NCBI GenBank assembly: GCA_051362555.1
Contig: CM120645.1
Coordinates: 16,740,001 to 16,804,000 of the forward strand
Length of the DNA stretch: 64,000 nucleotides
Direction of reading: 5' to 3'
DNA from: Lingula anatina
Lineage: Eukaryota > Animalia > Brachiopoda
A program made the position numbers and the translations under genes. Below the pieces are notes generated by a model that saw only the letters and a list, made by a program, of their open reading frames with translations, was not told the origin of the DNA and searched no databases. Of this stretch, positions 38,301 to 53,600 are shown one piece after another. Every line of letters begins with the position of its first letter. Positions within the stretch are counted from its first letter, which is position 1.

Positions 38301-41300
38301 TAGAAATGCTGGGATAACTCCATCATATATTTTGAAACAATTTATGCAGCTTAACAAATGTTAAGACCACACTGCATATAATATATTGATATTTTCTAAA
38401 TTCATATGACAAGTTTTCCCAGAAATAAGTCAAAAGAAAGTGATGATTAAAGCCCATTTTACCACCTGAACATGACATTATTATTCAGCATCAATTCATT
38501 TCAAACTAACCAACAATTCAAAATTTGTAATATTTGGAAATAAAACTGCTTTTCCATTGATTCTTAAGAATAGATTTCCATTTTACAAATTGCTTACTTT
38601 TCAGTGTATTACATCTTTTAAATTCATAAATTTATATTTTTGGAATAAAAAAACATCAACATCTATCAACAACACAGATTTAAATGTTCATTCTCTTGGA
38701 CTAACAGATAAATTTTTTTTGCCAAATGGTTGGAAAACAATTTAAACATTTTTCATTTCATTTCAGCCAAGTAGCATCTGAAAATAATTCTCCATACTAT
38801 TTTGAGCCAAGATTTTTTAAAAATTTCAGCTTCTTGCCAAAAATGATGTCATGCCTGTTGTTGACCAATCAAATGCAAGCAAAGCCTACCATCCACAGGT
38901 TTCATATCATAGTCAAAGCCATATGGTGGAATGCCATTGCCGGTAAACTCCGCACCAGAAGGTATGTTCCCCGATGTTGATGTACTGGTGCTCCTAAGAT
39001 AGCCGTCAGGGCGATACAGACCACCGCTGCTTGTCTTACTGGTTGAACGACTCGTAGTGGATGTGGTTGAGATGCCTATGTTCATGCGATTCAGACCTCC
39101 TTCTAAAGAAGAGTCATGTGCGTAGGCTAGAGCTGAGCGCTGCAAAAGGGAAAGGTCAAAAGTTATTTTGTTTCATTTTATACAACCTATGCTGACACAC
39201 ATTGTGCTACCAAAACAGAAAAAATGCTGCTTAAATGAATAAATTTTTCTGTTTTGGTGATACCATGAGTTAACTTAAAGGGATAATAACTCTTCGTATG
39301 AGATCTATATTTCATAATAAAAACCTTGTGAATAACTCATAGAAATATAATATATTCTGTTTTACCACACAAACAGCAGTTATAGCTTTTATTCTGATAT
39401 TTGAACTTGTCTTTAGACCACGTGACCTCCATTGATGTCTATACTCTGTTAAAATCTCTTAAGAGATTTTAACAAAAAACCAAACTTTTAAGAAAAAAAC
39501 CAGGGACTAACTTTGAATGTAAAAATGGATTCATTAACCATTGGTAAGTATGGGAAAATTGTTGTTTACTCCAGGAAAATTCATTTTTTGGCCGAAACGA
39601 AGAGTTATTATTGCTTTAAGTTTAAGTCATTACTTTCACAAATCCTACATCATTTTCTACACCATCAAAATTATTTCAATGTTTATGTTCCATTACTTAC
39701 TGAGAGCATGGTTGTCCTTGTTCCACTGAGTGAGTCGTCAAATTTCTGCCCTGTAATCTTGGCCCAGGTACGCCTCATTTCTTTTCTCACCTGAAGTGAG
39801 TAAAAATAATAATAATAATAATTATTATTATTAATATAAGATTAACATAATTATAACAATATGTACTTCTTACAAGGCCAAAGTTGAGTTAATAGTCTGA
39901 TTTAATTGCAGTGGAGATTTATGGATACTGAAAAAACTCTATGCACTTACCAACTCATTTAATATAGTATATGCAATGAAAATAAAAAATCCTTGGAATG
40001 TTGCGAAGATACCAAAGAGGTAGTCAAAGGCCACCATGTCTCTGTCATTGGCCCCCAGCAGAGCAAATACCCACGTGACTCCCACCAGGGGGAGCAGTAT
40101 TACGGCCGAGATGAGACTATTCCTAGAGTAAAATGAAAATGTAACTGCTCAGAATAAAAGATCTGATTTACAAGTTTGAAACAAGCTAGAAACTTAAACA
40201 CTGTGTTAAGACCTACAATCTGAAAAAAACGTTACTCCAACAATGTTAATAACCAAGAGCAAACATTGCCAGTTAACATATGATTACAATTTTGCTTAAA
40301 ACTGAATATTTGTATAAACCCTATAAAGTATCTTGGTATACAGATATGTCTGATCATAAGAAGAGTGATAATGTCAAGTATTTGGGTCTATCTTACCTGA
40401 CAGGCCCAAACTCAGCATCCATGGCCTTGCCATCACAGCCAGCCTTCAGAGCCAACACAAACACTATCAGGTTCATCTGCAACAACAAATTAAACATCTT
40501 TTATTTCTTTAATTATTATACATAAATACCCATCACAGATATTTAAAGAAAACATCAATCACTCATTAAGAAAAAAATTACAAATTTTGTGAACTTTACA
40601 CTTATTATAACATACATGTGTATACCATAACTGTGCACTTACAGCGACTATGATAATGATAGGCCCTGCAAGACTCCAGAATATGTTGTCATCTATGCTC
40701 AACCAGCAACTGAAAGCATAAGAAATGCTAATGTTTTAAACAATATATTTTCATGATCATTATATAGTTATAATCATTATGGTAAAATTAAGACAATTCA
40801 TTATCAGATGGTACTTTTTAAAGAAATAAACCAGCATTCAAAGAAATTTTTCAAAGAGAGGTATTAAATGTCAATTTAAATCAACACCGATACATTTTTG
40901 CATGAAAAAGTAATTTCAAATCAAATGTTTAAATGAATTTTCTTTACAATTTATGAATAGATACCCTTTGATCAAAACATTTTTAAAAATACATTTAACA
41001 ATTAAACATTAATTATCTGAATTAGGCATTAAAGACAGATGTGCTGCAAGCCAATTATTACACTTCTATAATCTCAAGAAAAATAAATAAATAAATAAAT
41101 ATATTAATAAATAAATAATGTTGTTAATGTAGCAAAAGTCAGAGGAAATTCACTTACAATGACCTAGTTCCATACTTGTCAGTACTCAGCCCTACAGACA
41201 GGCCTACGATGATTCCTGGCACAACATAACCCACAGCGTAGTAGAACTTCATGGAACCCTTGTTGATGTTCCGTATCTCAGTCAGCATGCGATAGATGTG

Positions 41301-41651
41301 GAGAGCCTCAATGAACAGCCAGGCAAAGGCCCCAAGGAAGAAGAAGTGTAAGGCAATTGCAATTAACTTGCACAGAAGCTGAAAAGGAAGAACAGTTCAC
41401 AGTCATTTTGTGTCTGACTAAAATAAAGAACTATATCTGTATATCCATATGCATCAAAGTGATCTCTGATAAATGTTTATTAATAGCAAAAATGCATTTT
41501 GGGCTTACAAAAACAATGTCATTCTATACATGAAAACACAAAATATTGACAGATGTTGATTTTTCTATTAAGTCAATATGCCAATCTTTGTACAAGAAGA
41601 CAAAACAAAAGGTACAAAGTGAAACAACTTAGATTTCAAAAAGTTACTCTG

Positions 41652-41688
<37 letters not shown>

Positions 41689-44600
41689 AAGAGAGAGAGA
41701 GATACCTCAGGGTCTGTCCTGTTAATCCCCAGCACATAGGTGAGCAAGGCCAGGAGAGTGATGAACACAAAGTTGATGCGAATACTGTTGGCATTGGAAC
41801 GCATGTTGTTTTGAGCAATACACAGTATAATAAATGTCAGCAGCAAGAATGCCATTGCCAATGCTACACCTGCATACGTGACGATTTCCATCTGGATTGT
41901 GGCACTCGCCAGGTACTGAAGGAAGGAAAATAATACCTTCAACTTGGTTAAGCACAAATGGAATGTTTAAATTGTATACCTGAATGCAATTATGCATGTA
42001 AACATTAACAATATGTAATATTCTTAGAAAAAACTAAAATTATGATCAGGTGGTTTGTTAATTTGATAAGTACTAGTTTTGGTTAATATCCTACTTGAAA
42101 ATATTGCACACAAAAATAACTAAAGATAAAAAAAGAATTTCAATTTTTTTCTATTTTTTAATTATGCAAGAAAAGTTGAAGTTTCACCTGACTTTAATTT
42201 AATGTTTTATTTCTGACAGTACAAGTCTTTTGTGTTCCAAAAGTAAAGAAAACAATTAACATCAACAGTATATATAAGAGCTTACCTCGACATCAGAGAT
42301 GTCCATCAGAACAGAGAAATAACTGAGGTGGTTACAGCTGCAGGTCACAAACTTATTTCCTCCAGACTCTCTCCTGTTGTCCAGCCAGCAGCCCTCTGAT
42401 GTCCAGCGACCACTTAGCCCACTAAAATGATGACCACTTTTCTTAATGCGTGCTCAGGAATATAACGAAAGCCAAACTTTGAAATGCAGCCAAGAAATGA
42501 TCTTATCATGGTAAAATGTCTAAAAACAGTAAACTTAGCAGTTTTGGCACCAGAGGTTCCTGGAGGTTAAAAAATGTCTGATTTGTACCAGTCTGAAGAC
42601 AAGTTTTGTTGATGCAAGAATTCAGAGCAGCCGGTAAAAGAATGAAAGAAACTAGTGTAACATGTGCACATGCACGCGCACATACACACACTTACGTTTT
42701 ATTCACAAACTCCCAGTAGACACACTGCGGGCTGGTCCTCCTCTCCGTCACCAGCTGCTTGAAGTCAAAGGTGACAGAAGGAGAGGGCCGTTTGACAGTT
42801 CTGTTCCCGTCCTGCAGTACTAGGGACATAATGGGGGTGTTCACAGCCAGATAGTCATGGACTCTAAAATAAGTAAAGAGGAAAGATTTTCATATTACAG
42901 CATGTTAGCCTTGATAAACAAGATGAACCTGCTTAACCATTTATGCTTGGTCTTCATGGACCTGTTCAATTTATGCCTGGTCTTTATAGGTCTGTTCAAT
43001 TTATGCCTGGTCTTTATGAACCTGTTCAATCCTGAAATGATCATCCCTCCCTTGGGAGCATAAACCCAAGCAGTATTAAATGTGGCACTTGGGATTATCA
43101 CCCATAAACAAAATAATTATTTTGACATATTTGGTATATAAAGTCAAATACCAGATATAATTTTATAAACTCTGGATACTGTGGTAAAGTTCATCTCCTC
43201 ACCTGACTTTCTTGTCATCATAGCTGGCTGGTATGATACTCCCCAGGGTTTTGAACATGATGTATCCTGCCACTGCCTTGGGCTGGCTGTTCAGTGAGGA
43301 CTGGATCCATTCTGTAAGGCCAGAAGGGGAATATTTTAACATAGAAACTTATAGTTTTAAATACATAAGATTGTTTTATGATAGATAAACAGAAAGGTGG
43401 AGCATACTTGGTGTATTTGATGCCTTTTATTCCAACAAAGATTGAAAATTACAAATTCAAATCCTTTATGATTTCTTTGACAGTCTTGGATCATCAGTTG
43501 GCAAAAGCATTTTAAAACGTTTTAATAGAATTGAATCAAATAAATCACAACACTGCTGGCAGCCTGCGACTGCATCCCCACCTCTTAAGGCACACTATCA
43601 CCTACACCATCACCTACTCAGTACAGTAAATTGTCCAATATAAGAAATCTGGTGGATGATATTTTCCATATCATACATATCCCAGTTTCGCTCCACCCAC
43701 CCACCCACCCCCCAGCAGATCCCCCTTGGTGAACTACCCACCCTGTACACTGGGCTGTCCAAACACAGAGGCTGGCAAGATGGCATGCGTGTCCTTGTCA
43801 AACATGGCACTGTTCTGCACCTTGTTGTTGTATTTTGGGATGTTAGTGCCACTGAAGTTGGTTTTCAAGATGAAGTCCAGACCAAAGACTGGAAATACAA
43901 AATGCACAAATATAAGAGTATATAACATACCAGGCTAGTTGCTTCTTTGTAGTGTAGAGATATAAACTGTAAAAAAATTAATATAATACATATATATTTA
44001 TCAGCTACACAGACTTTAAAATTCATTCATAATTAGCTTAAGTAAAAAGAGACATAAAATCTTTAAGTTTAAACCAGTTTAATATAAAATACAATTCCAG
44101 TGCTGTGAACAATTCTGCATCAGAAATATAACAAAGTGTATAATAAATAGGTCAATTTGATCAAAACTTACTTAGATTATCCGTGACGGCATCGAAGGGG
44201 TTCATTCCCCCGCTCTGGAACACAACCGCCATGTTGAGTGCCAGTGTAGACAGGTACTCCTCCAATAGGTGCATCAGCTCAGACACGCCCCCTGCCTTCT
44301 CCCAGTGAGACGCATAGGGCGCTATCATGGTCCTGCTCAGTGAGTTCAGCATGTTCTGGGAAGGAAAAAAATGAGTATTTGTAAAGCATGAACAGTATGA
44401 GGCACATGGTTTATAGATCTGAGTTTTGATAGAGACAGAATGGGTTGGCATGGAGTAAGAAATAGATAATTATTCTAACAGTATTATAGATCTAAATTTC
44501 AGCTGTTTAAGAGATGGAAAATGTGTGAATAATTTCTTATTGGAATCCCAATGAGAAAGTTCTGACTGTTCATTTGCAGTCACATCAAAAGGGGTTCTTT

Positions 44601-47600
44601 ATTTTCATCTGTAAGATTTAATGTTTTAAAATATCACGTTCAAATAATTTTATCACTGCACACACTTAAAAATAAACTCCTCACCTGTACATATAACCTG
44701 TCCTGTGTATTGGTAAGATTGAGGCCAGTTTGTTTGATCTCGTACATCAACAACTGTTTCACCAGGCGGTTGGTAATATCGATGTCCTTTCCATACATGT
44801 ATGCCGTCTGGTTGGTGGCATTGTTCAACTTGGTGAGGAGATTCTTGGCAACAAAAGTGTTGATAAGCAGCTGACCATTTTCAATTTCCACCAACTGGAA
44901 TAAGTGATGAAGACCAATTTTTGAAGTCAGAAAATATCCAATTGGGGCGTGCTTTTGCGGTAAGTTATGTACAATTATCAAAGGTCGAGAGTTAAACATT
45001 CAGCATAAATCAAGCTATTTTACTATTTAAATTCACCCCTAAAAAGGAACACAGACTTTCCTCCCTCTGACTGGCATTTCTCCATTTATAAACATGTAAT
45101 TACAACTCCTGTGACTTCCTAAACACCATTTTTGAATCCTCCAAATACAGGAAAATCCACACCCTAATCCTGATCTTTTAAAATATTATTTCATATTTAC
45201 CCGAGACTCAATCTCCTTGAAGAGGTTAGAAGTACAGTTGAAGACATCAGGGTTCTGCCAGCCTGTCTCCAGGTCACAGTGACGGCTAGCTTGACCCCTG
45301 GTCCCATCAGGGCAGTCCTGGACAGCAGTCTCACCATACGGGACTTGTAGCCAGAGAATGTTGTCAGAGAATCCTTTAGGACATTTGCCATAGACAACTG
45401 AAAATAGAATGAGAAAGCTTTACAGAAACAGCTTCTGTATGACTTAATGAATTCATAAGAATCCCTAGAACATGTCTTAAATATTTTAACCATTTTAACA
45501 ATTTGAAATCAATGAAAACAATTTCTTAATACTGCCAAAATTCAACAGTTCTTTCATTGCACTGTGGACGACTGTAAGAATAAAATGCCTGTTGGTGCTT
45601 CTGTGTGATAAACATGAACAAAGTTTTGCTGACACATAAACTGTTCAGAAATAAAAATATGTCCGTGTCTCTGGTTCTCGGCATCTTCTTTGGCTTCAGT
45701 TGCATTCAGGCAGTTCATGTTTTTGTGTCTTTTACCTGCATGTTGAAGCAAGCTATTTGTACATTGTGTAAGTCTGACACTGTGGCACAACACTTACCAA
45801 GTTGTAAGATAAAATCCACACTTCACTTTTTTGTTTGTTAAACAAAGTATATATGTGATACAGTTGGAACAAATAAATATCTTTAGGTGACTCAGATTGA
45901 GAATGTTGAATCTATTACAAAAAATGTAAAGGGTATTTGCAGTCCATTCTTGCTATCCCTTGTATCATCTTTACCTTTACATCCCTCTCTAGTGACTTCA
46001 GCATACCGGCTATCACACTGGTCACAGCGCTTGCCCTTCACTCCCATACGGCACCTACACTGTCCAGTCAGTGGGTCACAGGACTGACCAAATGACCCAA
46101 CAGAGTAGCAGTTACACTTGTAGCACTCCTCACTGCCCTCTGGGCGGTAATGAAAGTCCTGGAATTCAAATATTGCAAAGATATTTTATCATCATTTACT
46201 TAAAGAATATTTAACAGTTCAGTTATGCTAAACTACTTAAATAATTTAAAAGAAATTACAGTGAGACAACTGTTGTTACAATAATGATATACATATATAA
46301 CTAACAAAAATAATATAATGTAACATAACTGAATGTTTGCTTGATACTTGTCTACACATTCCTACTGTAAAAGCTTGTGCCTCATATAGTCTACCTAAGT
46401 TTAGGCCAACTAATCCCAGCTTCTTATTTCAACTGAATGTCATCTGTCATGGGACAAGTGGTTAATACTGCAGACCATGTAGCACTCACCTTACAGGCAC
46501 ATTTCCCATTACTGTCACAGTTGGAATCATAGCCTTTGTCACTGGGGCAGTTACAGGGACCACAGATGGGGTAGCCGTACCAGGCCGTGGGACACTGTTG
46601 GACTATGGAGTTCTCACAGTAGCTGCCAGAGTTCAGCTCCTTGCAGTCACATTTGTATCCCCGTATTGCAGTGATGTCATGGCGACACTCTGAGCCGTGC
46701 TGACAAGGATTGTAAGCAGTGCAGATGTCACGACAACTGGAGCCAATGTAGCCTGAAGATATACAATTATACACATCATCACAGAGTCAACACCTATATT
46801 TTTATATTAAATGAACTTTTTGATAAATCTTTAGGTATAACAGTACATTAAATTCATTGATAGCATTGACGAGGTAGACCTAAATGGAGACTTTATAAAT
46901 ATTTTGGCTTGTGTTTGATAATTTTCATTTATGATCCAACTACCAAGTTAATGAACATTTTTGCTCATTTAGGAGATTTTATACTTTTAATTTAGCATTG
47001 ATTAATTACTCCACTTACTCAAAATTACTGACACCATTGCAAAATTGTTTAGAATTTCTTTTTACCTGTGGGGAACATTTTACTAGGATAATGACTCATC
47101 TGGGAAAACAGTTTACTAGAGCAACACCTTACTAGGGTAACCTCTTACATAAACCTGGGTAACACTGGCAGGAGTGCCTGTCCCGCTCATCCACCCACTT
47201 TATCTGGGTAACATCTTACCTGGGTAACACTGGCAAGAGTGCCTGTCCCGCTCATCCACCCACTTTATCTGGGTAACATCTTACCTGGGTAACACTGGCA
47301 AGAGTGCCTGTCCCATTATTCTCCACACTTTATCTGGACAACATCTTACCAGGGTAACACTGACAGGAGTGCCTGTCCCACTCACCCACACACTTTACCT
47401 GGGTAACATCTTACTTGGGTAACACTAACAGGAGTGCTTGTCCCATTATTCCCCACACTTCATCTGGGTAACATCTTACCTGGGTAACACTGGCAAGAGT
47501 GCCTGTCCCATTATTCCCCACACTTTATCTTGGTAACATCTTACCTGGGTAACACTGGCAGGAGTGCCTGTCCCATTCATCCACCCACTTTATCTTGGGA

Positions 47601-50600
47601 ACATCTTACCTGGGTAACACTGGCAGGAGTGCCTGTCCCATTCATCCACCCACTTTATCTTGGGAACATCTTACCTGGGTAACACTGGCAGGAGTGCCTG
47701 TCCCATTCATCCACCCACTTTATCTTGGGAACATCTTACCTGGGTAACACTGGCAGGAGTGCCTGTCCCATTCATCCACCCACTTTATCTTGGGATCATC
47801 TTACCTGGGTAACACTGACAGGAGTGCCTGTCCCATTCATCCACACACTGACTGTTGGCAGGACAGGTGACCCCAGCACAGGGGTCAGGGAGGTTACACC
47901 CACGTACAGCATTGTACTCCTGGGGTCCCACTAAGATAGAATTAGCACTGTTGCCCAGGTGGACATTCTGAAATACAAAGATGGAACTGATTAATATTAG
48001 GTGTTTAGATGGCATTTGGGCTGTTGAGGCTGTGAATTTCTGAAATGCATCTTTTGAATTTTGAAATTATAAAATATTTGGTATTTTGGGTTTTGACGTT
48101 TTTTTTTAATGTATTTTAACATGAAACAAGACATTGGTTTTATTCCATCATATTGATAAAAAACTACTAAACAAAGCTCAAACTGGCGAATGCGTAAGGC
48201 TTTAGACAGCGGTTTCTGAAAGAAAACTAATTTTTCATATAAATGAAAGATAAAAATCTTCAACATAGTAATTCTTTGTAGTGTCATTTTAACATCTGGC
48301 ATTGGAAATATTAAGTTATTCAAAATATCATAAATCACATGCATTTAATCCTTTTCTCATAATCATCTGAAAAGACTATCACTTACTTCAAGACAAGCTT
48401 TTAGCCCTTTCAGCACTTCCACATTTCCTGACGACGTATGCTCCAAACCACCAACAAATATCCTTGTCACAGTGGCACCAACAACTAAACTGCCTGTGGC
48501 CACAGGGTGACTCTCCTGCAATACAGGTATTAAAGTCAAGTAAAAAAGATTTATCACTAATTTTGTATTCAACCACAAAGCACATGGATAACATCCTGAA
48601 GTTTACACCTAAAATCACAAAGAAGTCAGCAGCGCTGTCAAATGTACAAACATAAAAACCAAAAAAATGTAAATATTAAAATTTGATATAAAATTATATA
48701 ACGCTTAACAGCAAAAGCAACAGCAATTTTTAAATATGCACAACAGGTAACAAGGATATTAAGAATATGTAACTGGCAAAAGACTTCAGGCCCATGAGGA
48801 TTAAAATTCACATATTCAAAATCCAAGAATAAGAAAAATGAAAATTTCACAAAAAAATTGGATAAATTCAAGAAAAATAATCCTATCAAGCTGGTTTTCC
48901 TATTTGAGCTGCATGACAATCATTAAAATCATTCCTGTTAGTTAGAAAATAAGCAACAAGTTTTCCTTTCAGAGCGTTTTGGTGGAAGTGCACAAAATAG
49001 TTTCTGTTTTGTCAAATCTGCACATCTGATGTATTCCAGTAATATTAATCATTCCTGTAAATTTGAAGACAATAGGTCAACTGCTTTTCCACTTAATGTG
49101 TTATTGCATATAATATTATGCTGAAAAAGCAAAAAAAAGCATAACTTTTGAAGAAATGTTCCAATTATGCTTATTTTTGACTCGACCTTTATTTTATGAC
49201 TTCAGTACCATAAGTTTGAGGACAACAGGTCAAACAGTTTTCCACTCATCATGTTATCTCTGAAAGTGGGCAATGGCAATGTGTCTGTACATAAAAATGA
49301 TGAATCAAAATATTCTTTTCAAAATTTGATGCGACTAAAAACAGTGAAATATTCCTTGATTATTATTATTATTGTGTTTATTATTATTATTATGATATCA
49401 TCATCATAATCATCGTATCAAATACAATAAATTGCATAAATATTCACTTTATGATTGTCATAAATTTCCATGCAAGATCTCCTGGAAACCACCAGTTCTC
49501 AGAAAAAAGAGATTCCGAAACCCCCAGTTCTAAGAACTTAAGAACCTGGAGGTCCCAAACCGTACTTTCGGTTTCACTTTCAGCATCTTATCTTTAGTAT
49601 AAATACCTTGGTCATTCAACCGAACCTTAGTAGCAGATCTTGTACTTCGAGTAAACAGCAGAGATTGGCAGTAACAGGTATGGCTAAGCATTTATTAAAC
49701 ATCTTTAAATATCTTTTAAGCAAAAATTCATTAAGAAGTTGCACAATTTTTCTGAGTAAAATAATTGTTTTTACCAAATAGGTAAAAAAGAAACTTTTTT
49801 AATTTAAAAGAAACTTTTTTGGTTTTTAAAACCAGAGTCAGACATGTAAGGCAAAATATACAGAACAAAAAAAATTAATAACTTCAAAAAAGTATTGAGA
49901 ATTTAATCAGGCTGTTTTTCAAACTTGAAGCTTTTAGTTCTAAAAAGCATCTCTGCAAGTTTAAGAATAATAAGTAAAATAGTCGTCCATTAATTTTATT
50001 TTCAATTTTGATGCAACGTTACCTGAGGCAGAATTTAAGGATTTTTGAGAAAGTTCGTGTAAACTTGCAGGCTGGTATGGTTGAGCCTTTTATGGCCCAT
50101 TTTCACTCATTTTCATTATATAGGTCCATTTAACATTTTAAAAATTTCATTCATAGTTAGGGAGCTAAAGAATTTTTGTCCAATTTAAACCTAACGAACA
50201 TCAGACTAGCACTTTAAAAAAATAAAAACAATAATTAATAGATTTATCTGTTCTCACAAAAAAAAACTAATGGGGCTAAATTAAAAACCTTCATTACTGT
50301 CCCTCGCAGCACCATCTCCCAATCTTCAATCGATCAATATGTGAAAACATATAGCAAGACATGCATTGTTTCCAAAATTGGTGAATTTACCAACCTAAAT
50401 AACACTCATGCTCATATTTCTCAAAAGAAATGGACTATCTGACATATTCTGCCTATAAAAACACCCAGAGTTTTCCAAAACAAGTTTTTATTTACCCTAC
50501 CCTATTAACATAAAAAAAATAATAATAATTACAACTTGATAAAAAACTCCTCCTTATTCCTCTAAAAGGAACTGTTTTTGGTCACTAAAATAGTGAATCT

Positions 50601-50647
50601 TTAACAAACTAAATGGCTATTATCTTCATAGAGTGTGCATTACACTT

Positions 50648-50690
<43 letters not shown>

Positions 50691-53600
50691 CCTGTAACTG
50701 TCCATAGTCCAGTATAATCTGGATCTGGTCAGATCTCCAGCGCACCTCCACGTAGTGCCACTTCCCATCATTCACCCAGACCTGGTCAAAGCGGATGATC
50801 CGCGAAGGTGCGTTGTTTTGTGGGAACGTGTGCTTGATGTAACCACTCTCAAGCTAAAAAGAAAGAAAATTTTTCTCAAGTATAACTTGCACAAGATAAA
50901 CAAATCTTATATTAAAACATGCAATGTCAAAAGGAAAAATTGAAGTTTACTTTTATAAAGAGGATCATTAAGGGGATATGCTTAATAAGTTTTCACAGAA
51001 AAAAAGATTTATACCAGTGTCAAAACTAATTAGAACCTCCAACCCATAAAAGATTGCATTTATTTGTTAGATCTAAGCTTTATCTGGAGGAAAGCGCCTG
51101 GGATTTCAAAATACCAGCTCCATTTTCAACCTACGAGTGTTTCAGTCATGGTAAAGGGTATCTTGAAGTGGTAATTTTGTTAATTTGCAATTAAACTCAT
51201 ATAAAAAATGTGAGACATTTCCAATGATGCAGAAGGAGGGTAACAGACCACGCTTTCTAAGCATGTGTACATGTAGTGGACTTTTAAGTTTTAGGGTATA
51301 AAGACAGGCTACAAATTAACAATAAATGTTATATATACTGATGTAACCATTATATGATAAAATAATGATATGAAATGAATAGCTGTTGAAGCAAGCTTTT
51401 TATTAATATGCAACATGTTGGTATATCTTGGTTAGTTGACACCCCCTGTCTTCATCCTGAAGTTAATTATATAGGCAATTAAATTGTCAAGGACCATTGC
51501 TTAAACTTGATCCCCTCTCCGAACCCCTTTATACAGTGTACTTGTGCCTTCCAGACACAGACAAATCACAAGGTTCCTAACACTACATTATCACTTTGGC
51601 AACCTAGCTAATCACTTTTGGAGCCCAAATAATTCTATTAGACAACATTATTACTGGTATAATGGCATTAGTGAACTGCAATTGACTCATCGAGCTCATC
51701 AGCTAAATTAGAGTACAAAGTCAATGAACATTGATTCCACAATAAATAAGATTTTGATAGGCAGCCATCAAACAAGCACGTGCCATATTAACTAATGAAA
51801 TATCAAGAAGAAGATTCAATTTAAAAACAGCAAATGAAATTAGGTAAATTAACACCAATAATGATTGTTATGATTAAATGGCATATCATAAAGGAAGGCA
51901 TATCTTTTAATTGACATTTAATTGAAAACTGGGGTTTTTGTTGTATAAAATTATAAAGAAAACATGAACATCTAATTCCCGGATTTAGAGTTAACAATTG
52001 CATAACTTATTGACTAAAATGCTCACAGCTGAAATTTGGCCTTGATTTTACCAATTAAATGTATGGGAAACTTGGCATTAAATATCTGGAGAAGACGATT
52101 CGTAATGTCTGGGAGCATGTTTTTGAAAGAAACTAAAACTGAAAGATCTAAAACTTGAAAAGAAGAAAAAAAAAAGAAATACTGAAACAAGTGAGGCATT
52201 TGAAATCTGTAAACTATAACAATATCCCACACATCTCTACTTCCCAGTTTGGACCATGTTCCCATACCTAGATCGACCTAGCCTACTGAAGCTGTTAAGG
52301 GGTAATTAACTATCGTTTAGCAGCTTCAGTAGGCGTGCCAGACATCCAAGTCACTACAACTGAAAGCAATTAAGCCAGAAACCTCTCAGAGATGGGTCGA
52401 TCCTGCTAGATCGATCTAGGTATGGGAACGGGGTCTTGGCTCCAGCCTACCTCCAGAAGAACCACACTGGAACCCAGCTCCACGCTCATCAACAGCCCCG
52501 TCTCTTGTCGCGTTCTGAAGGACACGCCCAGATACCAGGGAAGAGCAACGCGCTGGCCAGGGCTGGGGTTGTAGGCAAGGTAACCATTTCCTGAGAGACG
52601 TCTGGATTCCTCAATCACTGAAAGACATGTCTTTAAATTAGTATGTGTATCGTAACATGTGCTATATGCAGACCTCCAATTATAAAGACTGTTTATTTCA
52701 CATATCCTCATCCAAACCAAGCTAATTTAAGCAGTGTTTTTGGATAGCAAGATCGTTTGTGGATATAGAAATATTCATCATCACTGTGAAGATATGTGTC
52801 AAAAAGTGGTCTGTCAAGTATTTTTAGTGTCCATTACTATATCACAACACATTCTGCCAAGCCAAATCAAGTGCTTCTTCTACAGCAAACAAAAGCAATG
52901 GTAAATATATAAAAGCATTCCCAACTTGATACCTTTAAAAATACACATTCTAAAGAACAACTCAACCATCCTCAATATAATGTAATTCATTGGATTGGTA
53001 GTGATACCCTGATAAAATCAGTGAGAGCATCATCTTACAAGTGACTACAATCGTATTTCCAGTCACCTTGAGTCTACCCATCTCCTGTAGGAGTAGCTCA
53101 CAGCACAGGCAGCAAATCTAATCCCTCTGTTGTCCCACTCTCCAAAACACAAGGTAACATATAGAAGATAAGACTGGCTTCCTTTGGTGAGCTTATCGCA
53201 ACCAGATGGTTGGCTGAGATGGGACATGCTCAAAAGGCAAAAAAAAGGTTGTCCAAACTTGTCAAAAATTACTTTTACCACAAATATGAGTTTCACAGCA
53301 TGCTGTGCAACTAATTACCTATAGAACAATCCTTGCCGCCATATTTAGGAGGGCATTCACAGCGGTAGGTGCTCCATGCCTCATGACATGTCCCTAAAGA
53401 AAGAAAAATAATAAACCCCTCCATTACTACCAAATAAAACAAATTACTATTCATAAAATAAAATAAGAATGCATTATCATGATTTATTCAAAATTCAGAC
53501 AAATTAAAAATGAAGCTTCATGCAATAATAACTTCATTCCAAGCTCTGTTAGTTAAATAAAAATTAAACAAAATAATGTTCTATTAAAACTTTTATCTCA

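Noticed and set aside
47150-47846. CRISPR-like array
   Set aside because: Units are contiguous near-identical 65-mers with no unique spacers, derive from a host exon, and no cas genes are present in this eukaryotic DNA.
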